Shown: one piece after another, positions 41,033 through 49,802 of the stretch
How the letters are laid out: every line of letters begins with the position of its first letter
How positions within the stretch are numbered: the first letter of the stretch is position 1
NCBI GenBank assembly: GCA_043747595.1
Contig: JAYTOX010000058.1
Span: 22,562 to 86,561 of the forward strand
Direction of reading: 5' to 3'
From: Bacteroidota bacterium
GTDB lineage: Bacteria > Bacteroidota > Bacteroidia > AKYH767-A > 2013-40CM-41-45
Length of the DNA: 64,000 nucleotides
Made by a program: the position numbers and the translations under genes
Notes under the pieces: model-generated
Told to the model about the DNA's origin: nothing
What the model saw: only the letters and a program-made list of their open reading frames with translations
Databases searched by the model: none

Positions 41033-41229
41033 AATGAATTTAACCTTTTGAATAAGGTTGTAAGATATGAGTATTCACCAAATGAAAGAATGAGAAGAAT
41101 GTGAATTTTACACTCCACTATTTGATTACTTAAGAAGTGTTCCTAAAATTTAGAGACAACGAAAAAAGTAACTATTAAGCAATAAGTGTATAAAAAAGGA
41201 ATCCGAAAAAATACCTCAAAACAACTTTA

Positions 41230-42294
41230 TTAAAAGAACTTTGGCATCTTATTATTATGACGTGAACGCTGACCGCGCTTGATCATTGAGACATACGAAA
41301 AATTAATTTCGATACTACTTGTTGAGGCAGCTGATGTTGAAAGCGACGACACATTGCTATCGTATGAAATACCAAGACCTAACGTGTTATACTCAACTCT
41401 TGCATTCACCACGATTGCATCGTCCCAACGATAAAATCCTCCGAGATAAAAATAGGCTTCTTTTTGATAATTGGTATAGCGTGATTTAAACTGAATCTTA
41501 TTTTTAAATAATCCTCCAAACATAATTTCTTTCTGCGAGCCTTGCGACATAAAAATTGCTTTCGGTAAAATCCACATATAGGCATCGCGTGTTAACGCAA
41601 TTTCTCCGGAAGAATGAATAGTAAGCTTGCGTTGAAGTGGCGATTCTTGCTTTAAAAAGAATGTAACATTTGGACTTCCAACATGCGACATAGCTGCTCC
41701 GATATTAAATGAATTTACTCCATCAGGAACATAAAAATAATTTAACCCTGCGTTGAAATCAAGATAAGAGAATTGTTGTAGCTGAATATTTTCAAAGCTC
41801 GAGGCAGTTGGATCGAATGCATCTCCATTCCATTGTGAATCCCATGTTGCTTTAGTAAGGTCGATCGATTGTTGATTTAAACCTGCTTGAAATCCGACAG
41901 TAAGAAACTGATCATTTTGATCTGTGAGTGCTTGCGTGTATGAAAGTGAGCCTTCAAAAATTGTATTACTGTATCCGGCTAAACCTGCTTTGTCTTGATA
42001 GATCAACACACCTATTCCGAAATAATTACTTCCGATCAAACCTTTTCCCAACGGTGCATCGGCGGAAATATGAAAAGTGGTATACCCTTCACCTAAACCT
42101 GACCATTGGCGGCGATACAAATTACTTATGCGAGCCTTACCATCAAAAACGCCGGTGTTAGCAGGATTAACCACTAACGGCGCATTATAGAATTGAGAAA
42201 AATGGACATCCTGTGCAAGCATAGGTGTTGCAAACTGCAATGCTAAAGCAAATAGTACAACGATTATTTTTATGTCTTTCAAAATTCTTCGCAT
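41230..42294 (-). CDS. T9SS outer-membrane protein PorP/SprF family
   Basis: The N-terminus QDVHFSQFYNAPLVVNPANTG is the PorP/SprF signature. The gene lies immediately downstream of the type B CTD cargo gene. Confidence 0.8.
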   Translation of the reverse strand: MRRILKDIKIIVVLFALALQFATPMLAQDVHFSQFYNAPLVVNPANTGVFDGKARISNLYRRQWSGLGEGYTTFHISADAPLGKGLIGSNYFGIGVLIYQDKAGLAGYSNTIFEGSLSYTQALTDQNDQFLTVGFQAGLNQQSIDLTKATWDSQWNGDAFDPTASSFENIQLQQFSYLDFNAGLNYFYVPDGVNSFNIGAAMSHVGSPNVTFFLKQESPLQRKLTIHSSGEIALTRDAYMWILPKAIFMSQGSQKEIMFGGLFKNKIQFKSRYTNYQKEAYFYLGGFYRWDDAIVVNARVEYNTLGLGISYDSNVSSLSTSAASTSSIEINFSYVSMIKRGQRSRHNNKMPKFF

Positions 42295-42311
42295 TAAAAA
42301 TTAGTACTTAC

Positions 42312-44384
42312 TTATCTTACTAAGGTTACACTTCCTGTTTTACTTATTGTTTTACCATCAGAATAATTGATTGTTACAACATAAGTAAAAACACCCGGAT
42401 TCAAATCTTTTCCTTTATAACTTCCATCCCATCCAATCGACGGATTGTTAGTTTCAAATATTAGTTCTCCCCATCTATCATAAACTGAAAAACGAACACC
42501 ATATAGATTATTTCCTCGTAAGAATAAATAATCGTTGTGGCCATCGCCATTTGGAGAGAAAGAATTTGGAACAAAGAAATCGTTGTTATGCAAAATCGTA
42601 ACTACTACTTGTCTTGTTGTTGTACAGCCGAAACCATCGGAGATTGTACAAATGTAAATTGTAGTTTCGAGTGGACTTGCAATTGGTGTTGGCGATGTAG
42701 CACTATCTAATCCAAGCGTCGGCGACCAACTGTATGTTAATCCTCCGCCTGCTGTCATCTGATAACTGCTTCCGAAAAACATAGAAGTATCGGGTCCAAC
42801 AAAAGCCGTCGGAACACTTTCAATTCGTATGTAAGAATATTTTATTACTGTGTCAGAACCATATTGATTCGTGGCGATGAGCTGAACATCGTACAAACCA
42901 TCGGTAGCATATTGTATTCCACCTGGATTTTGTTGGCTGGAAGTATCAACGATTGCCCCCGGAAAATACCACGACCAAGAAGTAAAAGGTCCCCCGGCAA
43001 TTATTTGTCCGGCAAAAGCAATTGAAACGCGCGAACAAGCCTGAGTAATATTAGCAGTAAAATCTGCTTGAGGCAACGGGCAAACATTGGCAAGAATATA
43101 ATTTGTTTTGGTTAATGAGTCGGTGCCATATTGATTACCTACAGTAAGAGTTACAGAGTAAGTTCCGGGAGTTGCGTAGCATACCGTTGGATTAGCAGAA
43201 GTGCTGGTAGAAGGATTTCCACCGGGGAACGACCATAACCAAGAAGTAGCACCACCGGTTGAAAGATCGGTGAATGAAATACATTCTCTCTCACAAATAA
43301 CAGAATCGCTTGCTACGAAATCAGGATTTGGAGGCGTACAAGCATTTACAACCATGTAATTTAATTTTGTGGCAGTATCACTTCCGGCAGGACTAGAAAC
43401 GATAAGCTGAACAGAATAAGTTCCGGGATTTGCAAAAACAATATTAGTAGGATTTTGCGCCGATGATGTTCCGGGAGTTCCGCCGATAAAAGTCCAATTG
43501 TAATTAAGAGCTATAGTAGTTGTATCAGCAAAAAAATTAACAGAACCGCCGGCACATATTACAGTATCGCTTGCAGTGAAATCGGCGATCGGTGTTGTTA
43601 AGCTTGCTAATAAAATACTATCGATTGCTACAGATGGATTGCTGATTCCAGCACCCAATCCAAGATTCTTCCAACGAAAGCCAATTTTAACAGCAGGATT
43701 ATTATTAGCAGATGTAGGCAAAGCAATAGTGTATAACGACCATTTAAAGATGGTAGTATCACTAGCACAAAAAGCAGTTCTTGGTAATTCTGCAAGAGTA
43801 GTCCAAGCGCTTCCGTTGTAATACTCTACAAATGTATTGTCATTATTACTTCCCGGCTCATCTAATTTTCCTAACAAATAATTGAAGTTAAGGACGAGCG
43901 ATGAAACTCCAATGCAATTTATCACCGGCGATTCAACACGTTTTTCTGTTACTTCAGTAAGCATGAATCCACCCGGATCGTAGATAGCACCGCAATCGCC
44001 ATACGGACAACTAATCGCGGCCGTGGTACTATTTTCAGAACCAAAAACATTTCCAATATGTAGCGATCTTTTTGTTTGCGCAGCATTGGTTTTGCAACCT
44101 TTTACAGCACAATTACCTGAAGTTTGTCCGGGTTCCGTGGCACTGATAAACCACTCATTGGCTTTGGTACCTTGAGTTCCGATCGGGCTCACGCTCCAAA
44201 CACCACCCGAAGATGGACTCAAATAACCGGCAGCGATAGCACCGGAATCGCAGATACCAGATGTTGACCCAAAATCATCGAAGAAAATGGGAGTTTGTGC
44301 ATTGGCCTTCACTCCACAAAAGATGGAAATGATTGCGATAACGATGTTTCGGTAAAGTTTACCGGTAAAGTATTGGTGATCCAT
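42312..44384 (-). CDS. PKD-repeat secreted protein with gliding-motility-associated (type B) T9SS C-terminal domain
   Basis: The C-terminus FFVPNSFSPNGDGHNDYLF..VYDRWGELIFE..WDGSYKGKDLNPGVFTYVV matches the type B CTD. Several PKD-like repeats are present. Confidence 0.7.
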   Translation of the reverse strand: MDHQYFTGKLYRNIVIAIISIFCGVKANAQTPIFFDDFGSTSGICDSGAIAAGYLSPSSGGVWSVSPIGTQGTKANEWFISATEPGQTSGNCAVKGCKTNAAQTKRSLHIGNVFGSENSTTAAISCPYGDCGAIYDPGGFMLTEVTEKRVESPVINCIGVSSLVLNFNYLLGKLDEPGSNNDNTFVEYYNGSAWTTLAELPRTAFCASDTTIFKWSLYTIALPTSANNNPAVKIGFRWKNLGLGAGISNPSVAIDSILLASLTTPIADFTASDTVICAGGSVNFFADTTTIALNYNWTFIGGTPGTSSAQNPTNIVFANPGTYSVQLIVSSPAGSDTATKLNYMVVNACTPPNPDFVASDSVICERECISFTDLSTGGATSWLWSFPGGNPSTSTSANPTVCYATPGTYSVTLTVGNQYGTDSLTKTNYILANVCPLPQADFTANITQACSRVSIAFAGQIIAGGPFTSWSWYFPGAIVDTSSQQNPGGIQYATDGLYDVQLIATNQYGSDTVIKYSYIRIESVPTAFVGPDTSMFFGSSYQMTAGGGLTYSWSPTLGLDSATSPTPIASPLETTIYICTISDGFGCTTTRQVVVTILHNNDFFVPNSFSPNGDGHNDYLFLRGNNLYGVRFSVYDRWGELIFETNNPSIGWDGSYKGKDLNPGVFTYVVTINYSDGKTISKTGSVTLVR

Positions 44385-44434
44385 ACGATTTTAAAAGCGA
44401 ACCAATTTACACTTATTTTGGAAATTTCTCAACT

Positions 44435-45346
44435 TCACTTTTTATAAAGATCGGCAAATAAATAAAGGTTAAAATCCGCTTTTTGAGCTGCTTTACTTAT
44501 TTCTTGTCTGATCTCCTCTTTATTTATGTCTTTCATTCGATGACGACGAATTAAATGATAGGCCTTTTCGGCCAGCAAATAATTTTTTCTATCATTTTTT
44601 GAAAGTATATGTCCGTGGTTATTGATCTGATTTATTAGTTCTTCAACACCATTAAATTGTGACGCTACTGTTTTAATTACTGGAACATTCCAATCATCCT
44701 TCATTTGCTGATGCATCATTTTTTGGAGATTGTTAACTAACGTATCGGCACCTTCACGGTCAGCTTTATTGACCACGAAGATATCTGCAATTTCCATTAT
44801 GCCCGATTTAAGTGTTTGCACTTCATCGCCCGATTCAGGAACCATCACTACAACAGTAGTGTCGGCCAATCCTGCAATTTCAACTTCCGACTGACCAACA
44901 CCGACAGTTTCTACAATGACCATGTCGAAATTAGCGGCACAAAGTACATCTGTTATTTCAATAATTTTTTCTGAAAGTCCGCCGAGCGATCCTCTGGTGG
45001 CTAATGAGCGAATGAATACGTTATTATTATTGAAATGTTCCGCCATTCTTAAGCGATCGCCAAGGAGAGAACCAAAGTTAAAAGGCGACGTTGGGTCAAC
45101 CGCTACGATGGCCACATTTTTATTCTCTTTTTCGGTAAGTACACGAAGTAAAGCGTTGATGAGCGTACTTTTCCCGGCTCCGGGAGGCCCGGTAATACCG
45201 ACCACAGGTATATTTTTACGTTGAATATTTTTAAGAATAGTTTCCCAACCTTCCAATTCATTTTCCACAATAGTAATAGCACGAGCGATTGCTTTTCGGT
45301 CGCCTGAATCCAATGCACTAAGAAAGCTTTTGTAATCTTCGTTCAA
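44435..45346 (-). CDS. meaB: MeaB/ArgK-like methylmalonyl-CoA mutase-associated GTPase
   Basis: Has the P-loop GITGPPGAGKSTLI and the G-motifs DxxG and NKAD. Confidence 0.8.
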   Translation of the reverse strand: MNEDYKSFLSALDSGDRKAIARAITIVENELEGWETILKNIQRKNIPVVGITGPPGAGKSTLINALLRVLTEKENKNVAIVAVDPTSPFNFGSLLGDRLRMAEHFNNNNVFIRSLATRGSLGGLSEKIIEITDVLCAANFDMVIVETVGVGQSEVEIAGLADTTVVVMVPESGDEVQTLKSGIMEIADIFVVNKADREGADTLVNNLQKMMHQQMKDDWNVPVIKTVASQFNGVEELINQINNHGHILSKNDRKNYLLAEKAYHLIRRHRMKDINKEEIRQEISKAAQKADFNLYLFADLYKK

Positions 45347-45449
45347 GTAAATGGTATTTAGAGCAAAGAAACAAGAATCATTGAGAAATCAAAAGTGTTT
45401 TTATTGAAGAGATTGGTACAAGAAGGGTGAAGTAAGAAAAAATAACCCA

Positions 45450-46004
45450 TCACTCCATCTTTATCAATCTCTTTCTAAAAATATTTTTATCAGAAATTGC
45501 TTCGATAAAATAATTGCCCGAAGGAAGAAAACCAACATCAATCGTTTCATTTCCATTTACTTTTTTGGAATAAACTAGCGCTCCTAATTCATTGTACAAT
45601 TTTAATAAAATGTTTATTGGATAAACCGAATGAACCGACAATTCTTTCGTAATTGGATTCGGGTAAAATTGAATAGACTTATCATCAGATTCCTGTTCTT
45701 GAATTCCCGTTGAAAGTGAATCGCAAATACTTCCTATGACCGGGCCAAGGTTGTAGTTGACCATGTTTGGTAAACTTTGAATTGTCCGACCATTTCCTAA
45801 ATCAAAATAAGATTGTTGGTAATTGCAATTTACTCCCAAATTATCAGGAGTTAAAATTACATCCATGTGGTGAGTGTAATAAGTATTTGAAAAGGGCCCT
45901 TGGAAATTATCTCCCTTAGTTAAATAAATTCGATCATCAGGGCCTAATAGTATTTCTCCGCTAACGACGGATTTGCCACTCCCACTGCTTCGACGTTCCG
46001 ATAG
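45450..46004 (-). pseudogene. remnant of a T9SS cargo gene (CTD only) truncated at a REP/RAYT insertion
   Basis: The ORF ends with a T9SS CTD (IQFYPNPITKELSV...GNYFIEAISDKNIFRKRLIKME). It lacks a signal peptide and a functional domain. The upstream open frame runs into REP copy 45985-46023 and stops there. Confidence 0.4.
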
Positions 46005-46293
46005 CTATCGGAATCGTCCGTTGCATTAATAGTAAAACAGATTCAAGCTTGTACAAAATCTGTAAATCCCGCCGCGGACATTCGTCCGCAATAAATAACT
46101 CAACGCTTTTCCTTAGTGATTAAATTTTAAAATAGTTACTCTCATTCCTTGCTAGCGACGGAAATTGTAACTCCAACTGCTTCGACATTCCGATACCTGA
46201 TGCGACCAACTTCACTCAAACTTTTACTATTATCCAATAAAATAAATCCCCAGACTGCTTCGACGTTCCGATAGCTATCGGAATCGTCCATTG
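45985..46293. repeat. REP cluster (3 copies, one degenerate) with conserved spacer and second GTGGATATTCATCCAC hairpin
   Basis: CTGCTTCGACGTTCCGATAGCTATCGGAATCGTCCGTTG is present at 45985-46023 and 46255-46293. A degenerate copy lies at 46178-46208. Confidence 0.75.
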
Positions 46294-47205
46294 TTTTAAG
46301 TCGTGGATATTCATCCACTATTCAAAGCTCATCGTCTTACAAATAACAATTAAATTTGATAAGGTGTAATCATGTATTAAAAAAATTCCTGCTCGACACG
46401 GTAGTAACAGGCGGTGTAAGACAATCAATTTCTAGAACATTAGGTAGGCCATAGTAATTACGAGCCGAGCTAAATAAGTAATCCTGTTCATTGTAAACAA
46501 TTTTATCTACTACCGGATTTCGGTGGATATAATTCAGTTTCTGCCATGTTACCCGTTCGGTGTACAGTTCAATTGCATGATTTTTATCTTGCCAAATTTT
46601 ATGGTTTCTGTTTTTGGGATGTATTTTACCGGCATAAGCAAATTTGTCCAGTAGCCATTCCCTGCGACTCTCCGCTTCGTTCTCAATTACAAGAACTGCA
46701 TTTTTTGAGGTATGCCGTTTGAAATCCCTTACTACATGGTCGAGATCGAACGGCATTTTAGTGTTGGCTATTAGGTGCAAGTGACTTGGCATTAAACACC
46801 AGCCGAAAATATTTAGCCCTTTATTTTCTTGGCAATAGTTCAATGAGTCAACGATGAGTTGTTTTTGGTTTACACGAGTAAAAAGATCGATCCAATCAAC
46901 AACTGTCATCGTCATGAAATAAGTTTTGTCTTTGCGAATGTTATAATGAAGCCCTCTTGACATGATAAAATTAATTTTGTCAAAAATAATAGTAAGCAAT
47001 TCGCCGATCAATGATCATTTCTGTTTCAACCTTATAATTTCCATCTTTAATTAGTGAAATTGGCTGGCAAAGGTTTTTTAAAAGTGTAGCGATTGCTTCG
47101 AACGAACTGATGTATGCATTTAAATACGATGAGCTTTGAAGAGTGGATGAACATCCACAGCTAAAATACAACGGACGATTCCGATAGCTATCGGAACGTC
47201 GAAGC
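46255..47205 (-). mobile_element. REP-RAYT-REP unit (domesticated IS200-like transposase with flanking REP hairpins in inverted orientation)
   Basis: The architecture is read directly from the sequence. It matches the canonical RAYT/REP organisation. Confidence 0.6.
46370..47011 (-). CDS. REP-associated tyrosine transposase (RAYT; IS200/IS605-like HUH Y1 transposase)
   Basis: The HUH motif is CLMPSHLHLIA and the catalytic-Tyr block is YIHRNPVVDKIV. The gene is flanked by inverted REP copies (46255-46293 and 47169-47205). The true start may be the internal Met at 46963. Confidence 0.7.
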   Translation of the reverse strand: MIGELLTIIFDKINFIMSRGLHYNIRKDKTYFMTMTVVDWIDLFTRVNQKQLIVDSLNYCQENKGLNIFGWCLMPSHLHLIANTKMPFDLDHVVRDFKRHTSKNAVLVIENEAESRREWLLDKFAYAGKIHPKNRNHKIWQDKNHAIELYTERVTWQKLNYIHRNPVVDKIVYNEQDYLFSSARNYYGLPNVLEIDCLTPPVTTVSSRNFFNT

Positions 47206-47365
47206 GACGCAAGATTTATCAGCTTTGAGATTGCTTCGCACGAATAGATGTACGTGTACAAATACGATGAGCTTTGAAGGGTGGATGAATATCCACAGTT
47301 AAATACGACGGACGAATGTTCATCATAGCAAGCTCACCAATCACAACTTACCTCTCACTAAAAAT
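47040..47365. repeat. REP copy (inverted) + tandemly duplicated ~115-bp unit containing AGTGGATGAAyATCCAC hairpin + degenerate family A tail
   Basis: The block GATTGCTTCG.ACGAA..GATGTA....AATACGATGAGCTTTGAAG.GTGGATGAA.ATCCACAG occurs twice. CTCACCAATCACAACTTACCTCTCAC lies at 47331-47360. Confidence 0.55.
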
Positions 47366-47401
47366 AACTAAAACGAATTATTCAGTAACCATTATTAATT
47401 A

Positions 47402-48160
47402 TTAATTGCCCCTCCAGTGTTCCCTCAGTTTTTTATATTTCAAAAAAGTTGAGTATGCAGAAATGCGAGCAATTGTAAATCCTGCCCCGCCATCTAAAAA
47501 CCCAAAATGAACTATGTAATGATGCAGAAATTTAGCAATGGGATTCAATATCAATTTATACAACGGCGCCTTTTTCTTTAAATCGAAATATGCTTTTGCT
47601 GCTATGGTAGTAAAATATTCTGCTTGTTTGTAATGCTCTTCTACTGTATAGTAACTATAATGCAATAGATCACCTTTTAATTTTCCTATTGAATCGTTAG
47701 CTGCGTTCAATTCATACTTGTCGTGCGGATTTATTCCTTTCCACTCCCCTTTTCTACTGTCGAACAATCGCAATTTTGTATCGGGATACCATCCACTATG
47801 ATGAATCCATTTACCACAATAATTAGTAAGGCGATTCATTGTGTAACCCGTTTTTTCAAAATTATTTTTTACTTCAATAATTGAATTGATCAATGTAAAA
47901 TTCAATTCTTCATCGGCATCTAGTGAAAGTACGTAAGGAAATTTTGCTTGAGTAATGGCCCAATTTTTTTGTTGCAGGTGCCCTTCAAATGTATGCTCAA
48001 TAAAACGAGCACCTTTTGCCACACAAATATCTTTTGTTTTGTCTTTACTGAATGAATCAACAACCACTATATCATCGGCAACCAATCGAACGCTATCCAG
48101 ACAACGACCAATATTTCGTTCTTCATTGAAAGTAATAATAACAACAGAAAGTTTGATCAT
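47402..48160 (-). CDS. family 2 glycosyltransferase (LPS core-type)
   Basis: Carries LSVVIITFNEERNIGRCLDSV...DDIVVVDSFSKD...SLDADEE, which are the GT2 DxD motifs. Confidence 0.8.
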   Translation of the reverse strand: MIKLSVVIITFNEERNIGRCLDSVRLVADDIVVVDSFSKDKTKDICVAKGARFIEHTFEGHLQQKNWAITQAKFPYVLSLDADEELNFTLINSIIEVKNNFEKTGYTMNRLTNYCGKWIHHSGWYPDTKLRLFDSRKGEWKGINPHDKYELNAANDSIGKLKGDLLHYSYYTVEEHYKQAEYFTTIAAKAYFDLKKKAPLYKLILNPIAKFLHHYIVHFGFLDGGAGFTIARISAYSTFLKYKKLREHWRGN

Positions 48161-48180
48161 AGGTATTTCAAAAATATATT

Positions 48181-49761
48181 TTATTCGGGCTTAATAATAG
48201 ATTTATTTTGAACATGGGTAAAGAAAAAGAGATAGAAAAAAGCCACAAACGTTGCTCCAGGCTGTGTTTCTAATGTATCTTCTGTAAGCATCGAAACCAT
48301 TGCGATGATCAGGAAAAACACAAAGAGCATTGAATAATTTTGTTTGGAAAGAACAGGATAAAGTAATGCAAAAAGAAAATACATCAATCCTATTATTCCG
48401 AAAGCCACCGTAATTGCTAAATACTGATTGTGTGCTCTCAAACGATGATCTTGATCGAGTTGTGTATTCATTGAAACATATTGTTCTTTAAATGCCAACG
48501 GAAGATCTCCTGTGCCGACACCAACAAATGGATGAGCAGCAATAATTCCCAAAGCCGCTTTCCAAAATTCAAATCGCTGCGAAACAGAATGCCCACTTGG
48601 ATTTTCACCATGCACAAGTTGATCAAATTCCCAAATTACTTGCTTGATTCTATTTTGAAGATTTGAAGTTTCTTGAAAATCGAAATTCGCAATTCCATTT
48701 TCAATCGACTTAATTTCAAATTCGTTTAAGGCCTTAACTCCCTCGGCATCTTTTTTTAATCCTTTACTTGTAAGAAAGCGAATGATAGTAGAATAGATTC
48801 TTTGCCCTTTATTATCTAACGAATCATAATCGATTGAGCTTCTTTCATTCCATGCATTTCGTAATTCCGATTCGCATACAAACATATTTACAGGATAACC
48901 ATTTTCTCGTTCCGTATTTTCAGGATGAAATTCGTAATGATTTCCCATGGCGGTTGTATCACCAACAGAAATTTGGTATTCCTTTTTTACATAATATTTT
49001 TTTACAAGAGAACTCAAATATAAAACCATTGCAAGTGGAATACCAATGGCGAAAACAAAAAATCCGAAACGAAATAGTTTATTTTTCGATTTGAAGATTT
49101 GGTACGTTAGCGCTGCAAATAAAATTATTGAAAGTGTAATTATTCCTGTGAGCGATTCAACAACTATTAAAAATAAAACGAACCAGCTTATAAGCAGCGG
49201 TAAAATTATTTTCTGAATTCCCTTTACTTCTTCGGTATAAAAAAGATAGTAAACCATCGAAACAATGGCGATGCAAGTAAAAAGTGCAAATCGAATGTGG
49301 GAAATATGGTAAATAAAAATATCTCGTATGTCATGAATCTCACGATGTATTAAACCGGTGAGAACTGCCAATGCAGAAAATGTTCCTGCTAAAACTGCAA
49401 AAACAAAAACGGTTAATACAAGTTTGAATTGCTTCTGAGTGAGTGGTTGGTTCCCGGCTATAATCAAAGGTAAAATCAATAGCGGAAGTTTTATTCGCAG
49501 ATCTTTAAATCCATCGGAAAGTTCGGATGTCCACACTAATCCAATCAAATGCATGATCCAAATTCCGGTGATGAACAATGCTGTTCTATTTAAAAAGAAT
49601 CGTTTGAATTTATCTTTTACATTTCCTTCGAAAAGAAAAGATCCGGCTAAAAAAAACTGAGCTAGACTTGTTAAGAACAACGACACCGGCAATCCACTCA
49701 CCAATAAAATTAATCCGGTGAGATATAAATAAGGCGTCTTGTAATTTAATTGTAGCTTCAA
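48181..49761 (-). CDS. O-antigen ligase (Wzy_C) family polytopic membrane protein with periplasmic insert
   Basis: Has more than 10 TM helices. The C-terminal block HNQYLAITVAFGIIGL..LTEDTLETQPGATFVAFFYLFFF is typical of Wzy_C. Confidence 0.55.
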   Translation of the reverse strand: MKLQLNYKTPYLYLTGLILLVSGLPVSLFLTSLAQFFLAGSFLFEGNVKDKFKRFFLNRTALFITGIWIMHLIGLVWTSELSDGFKDLRIKLPLLILPLIIAGNQPLTQKQFKLVLTVFVFAVLAGTFSALAVLTGLIHREIHDIRDIFIYHISHIRFALFTCIAIVSMVYYLFYTEEVKGIQKIILPLLISWFVLFLIVVESLTGIITLSIILFAALTYQIFKSKNKLFRFGFFVFAIGIPLAMVLYLSSLVKKYYVKKEYQISVGDTTAMGNHYEFHPENTERENGYPVNMFVCESELRNAWNERSSIDYDSLDNKGQRIYSTIIRFLTSKGLKKDAEGVKALNEFEIKSIENGIANFDFQETSNLQNRIKQVIWEFDQLVHGENPSGHSVSQRFEFWKAALGIIAAHPFVGVGTGDLPLAFKEQYVSMNTQLDQDHRLRAHNQYLAITVAFGIIGLMYFLFALLYPVLSKQNYSMLFVFFLIIAMVSMLTEDTLETQPGATFVAFFYLFFFTHVQNKSIIKPE

Positions 49762-49802
49762 GAAATTCTATGTAGTGGTTTTAATAAATCAATTTCGAAC
49801 GT

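Noticed and set aside
46980-47261. 93-aa ORF upstream of RAYT
   Set aside because: Lies in the duplicated 115-bp repeat units and the REP copy. There is no coding signal.
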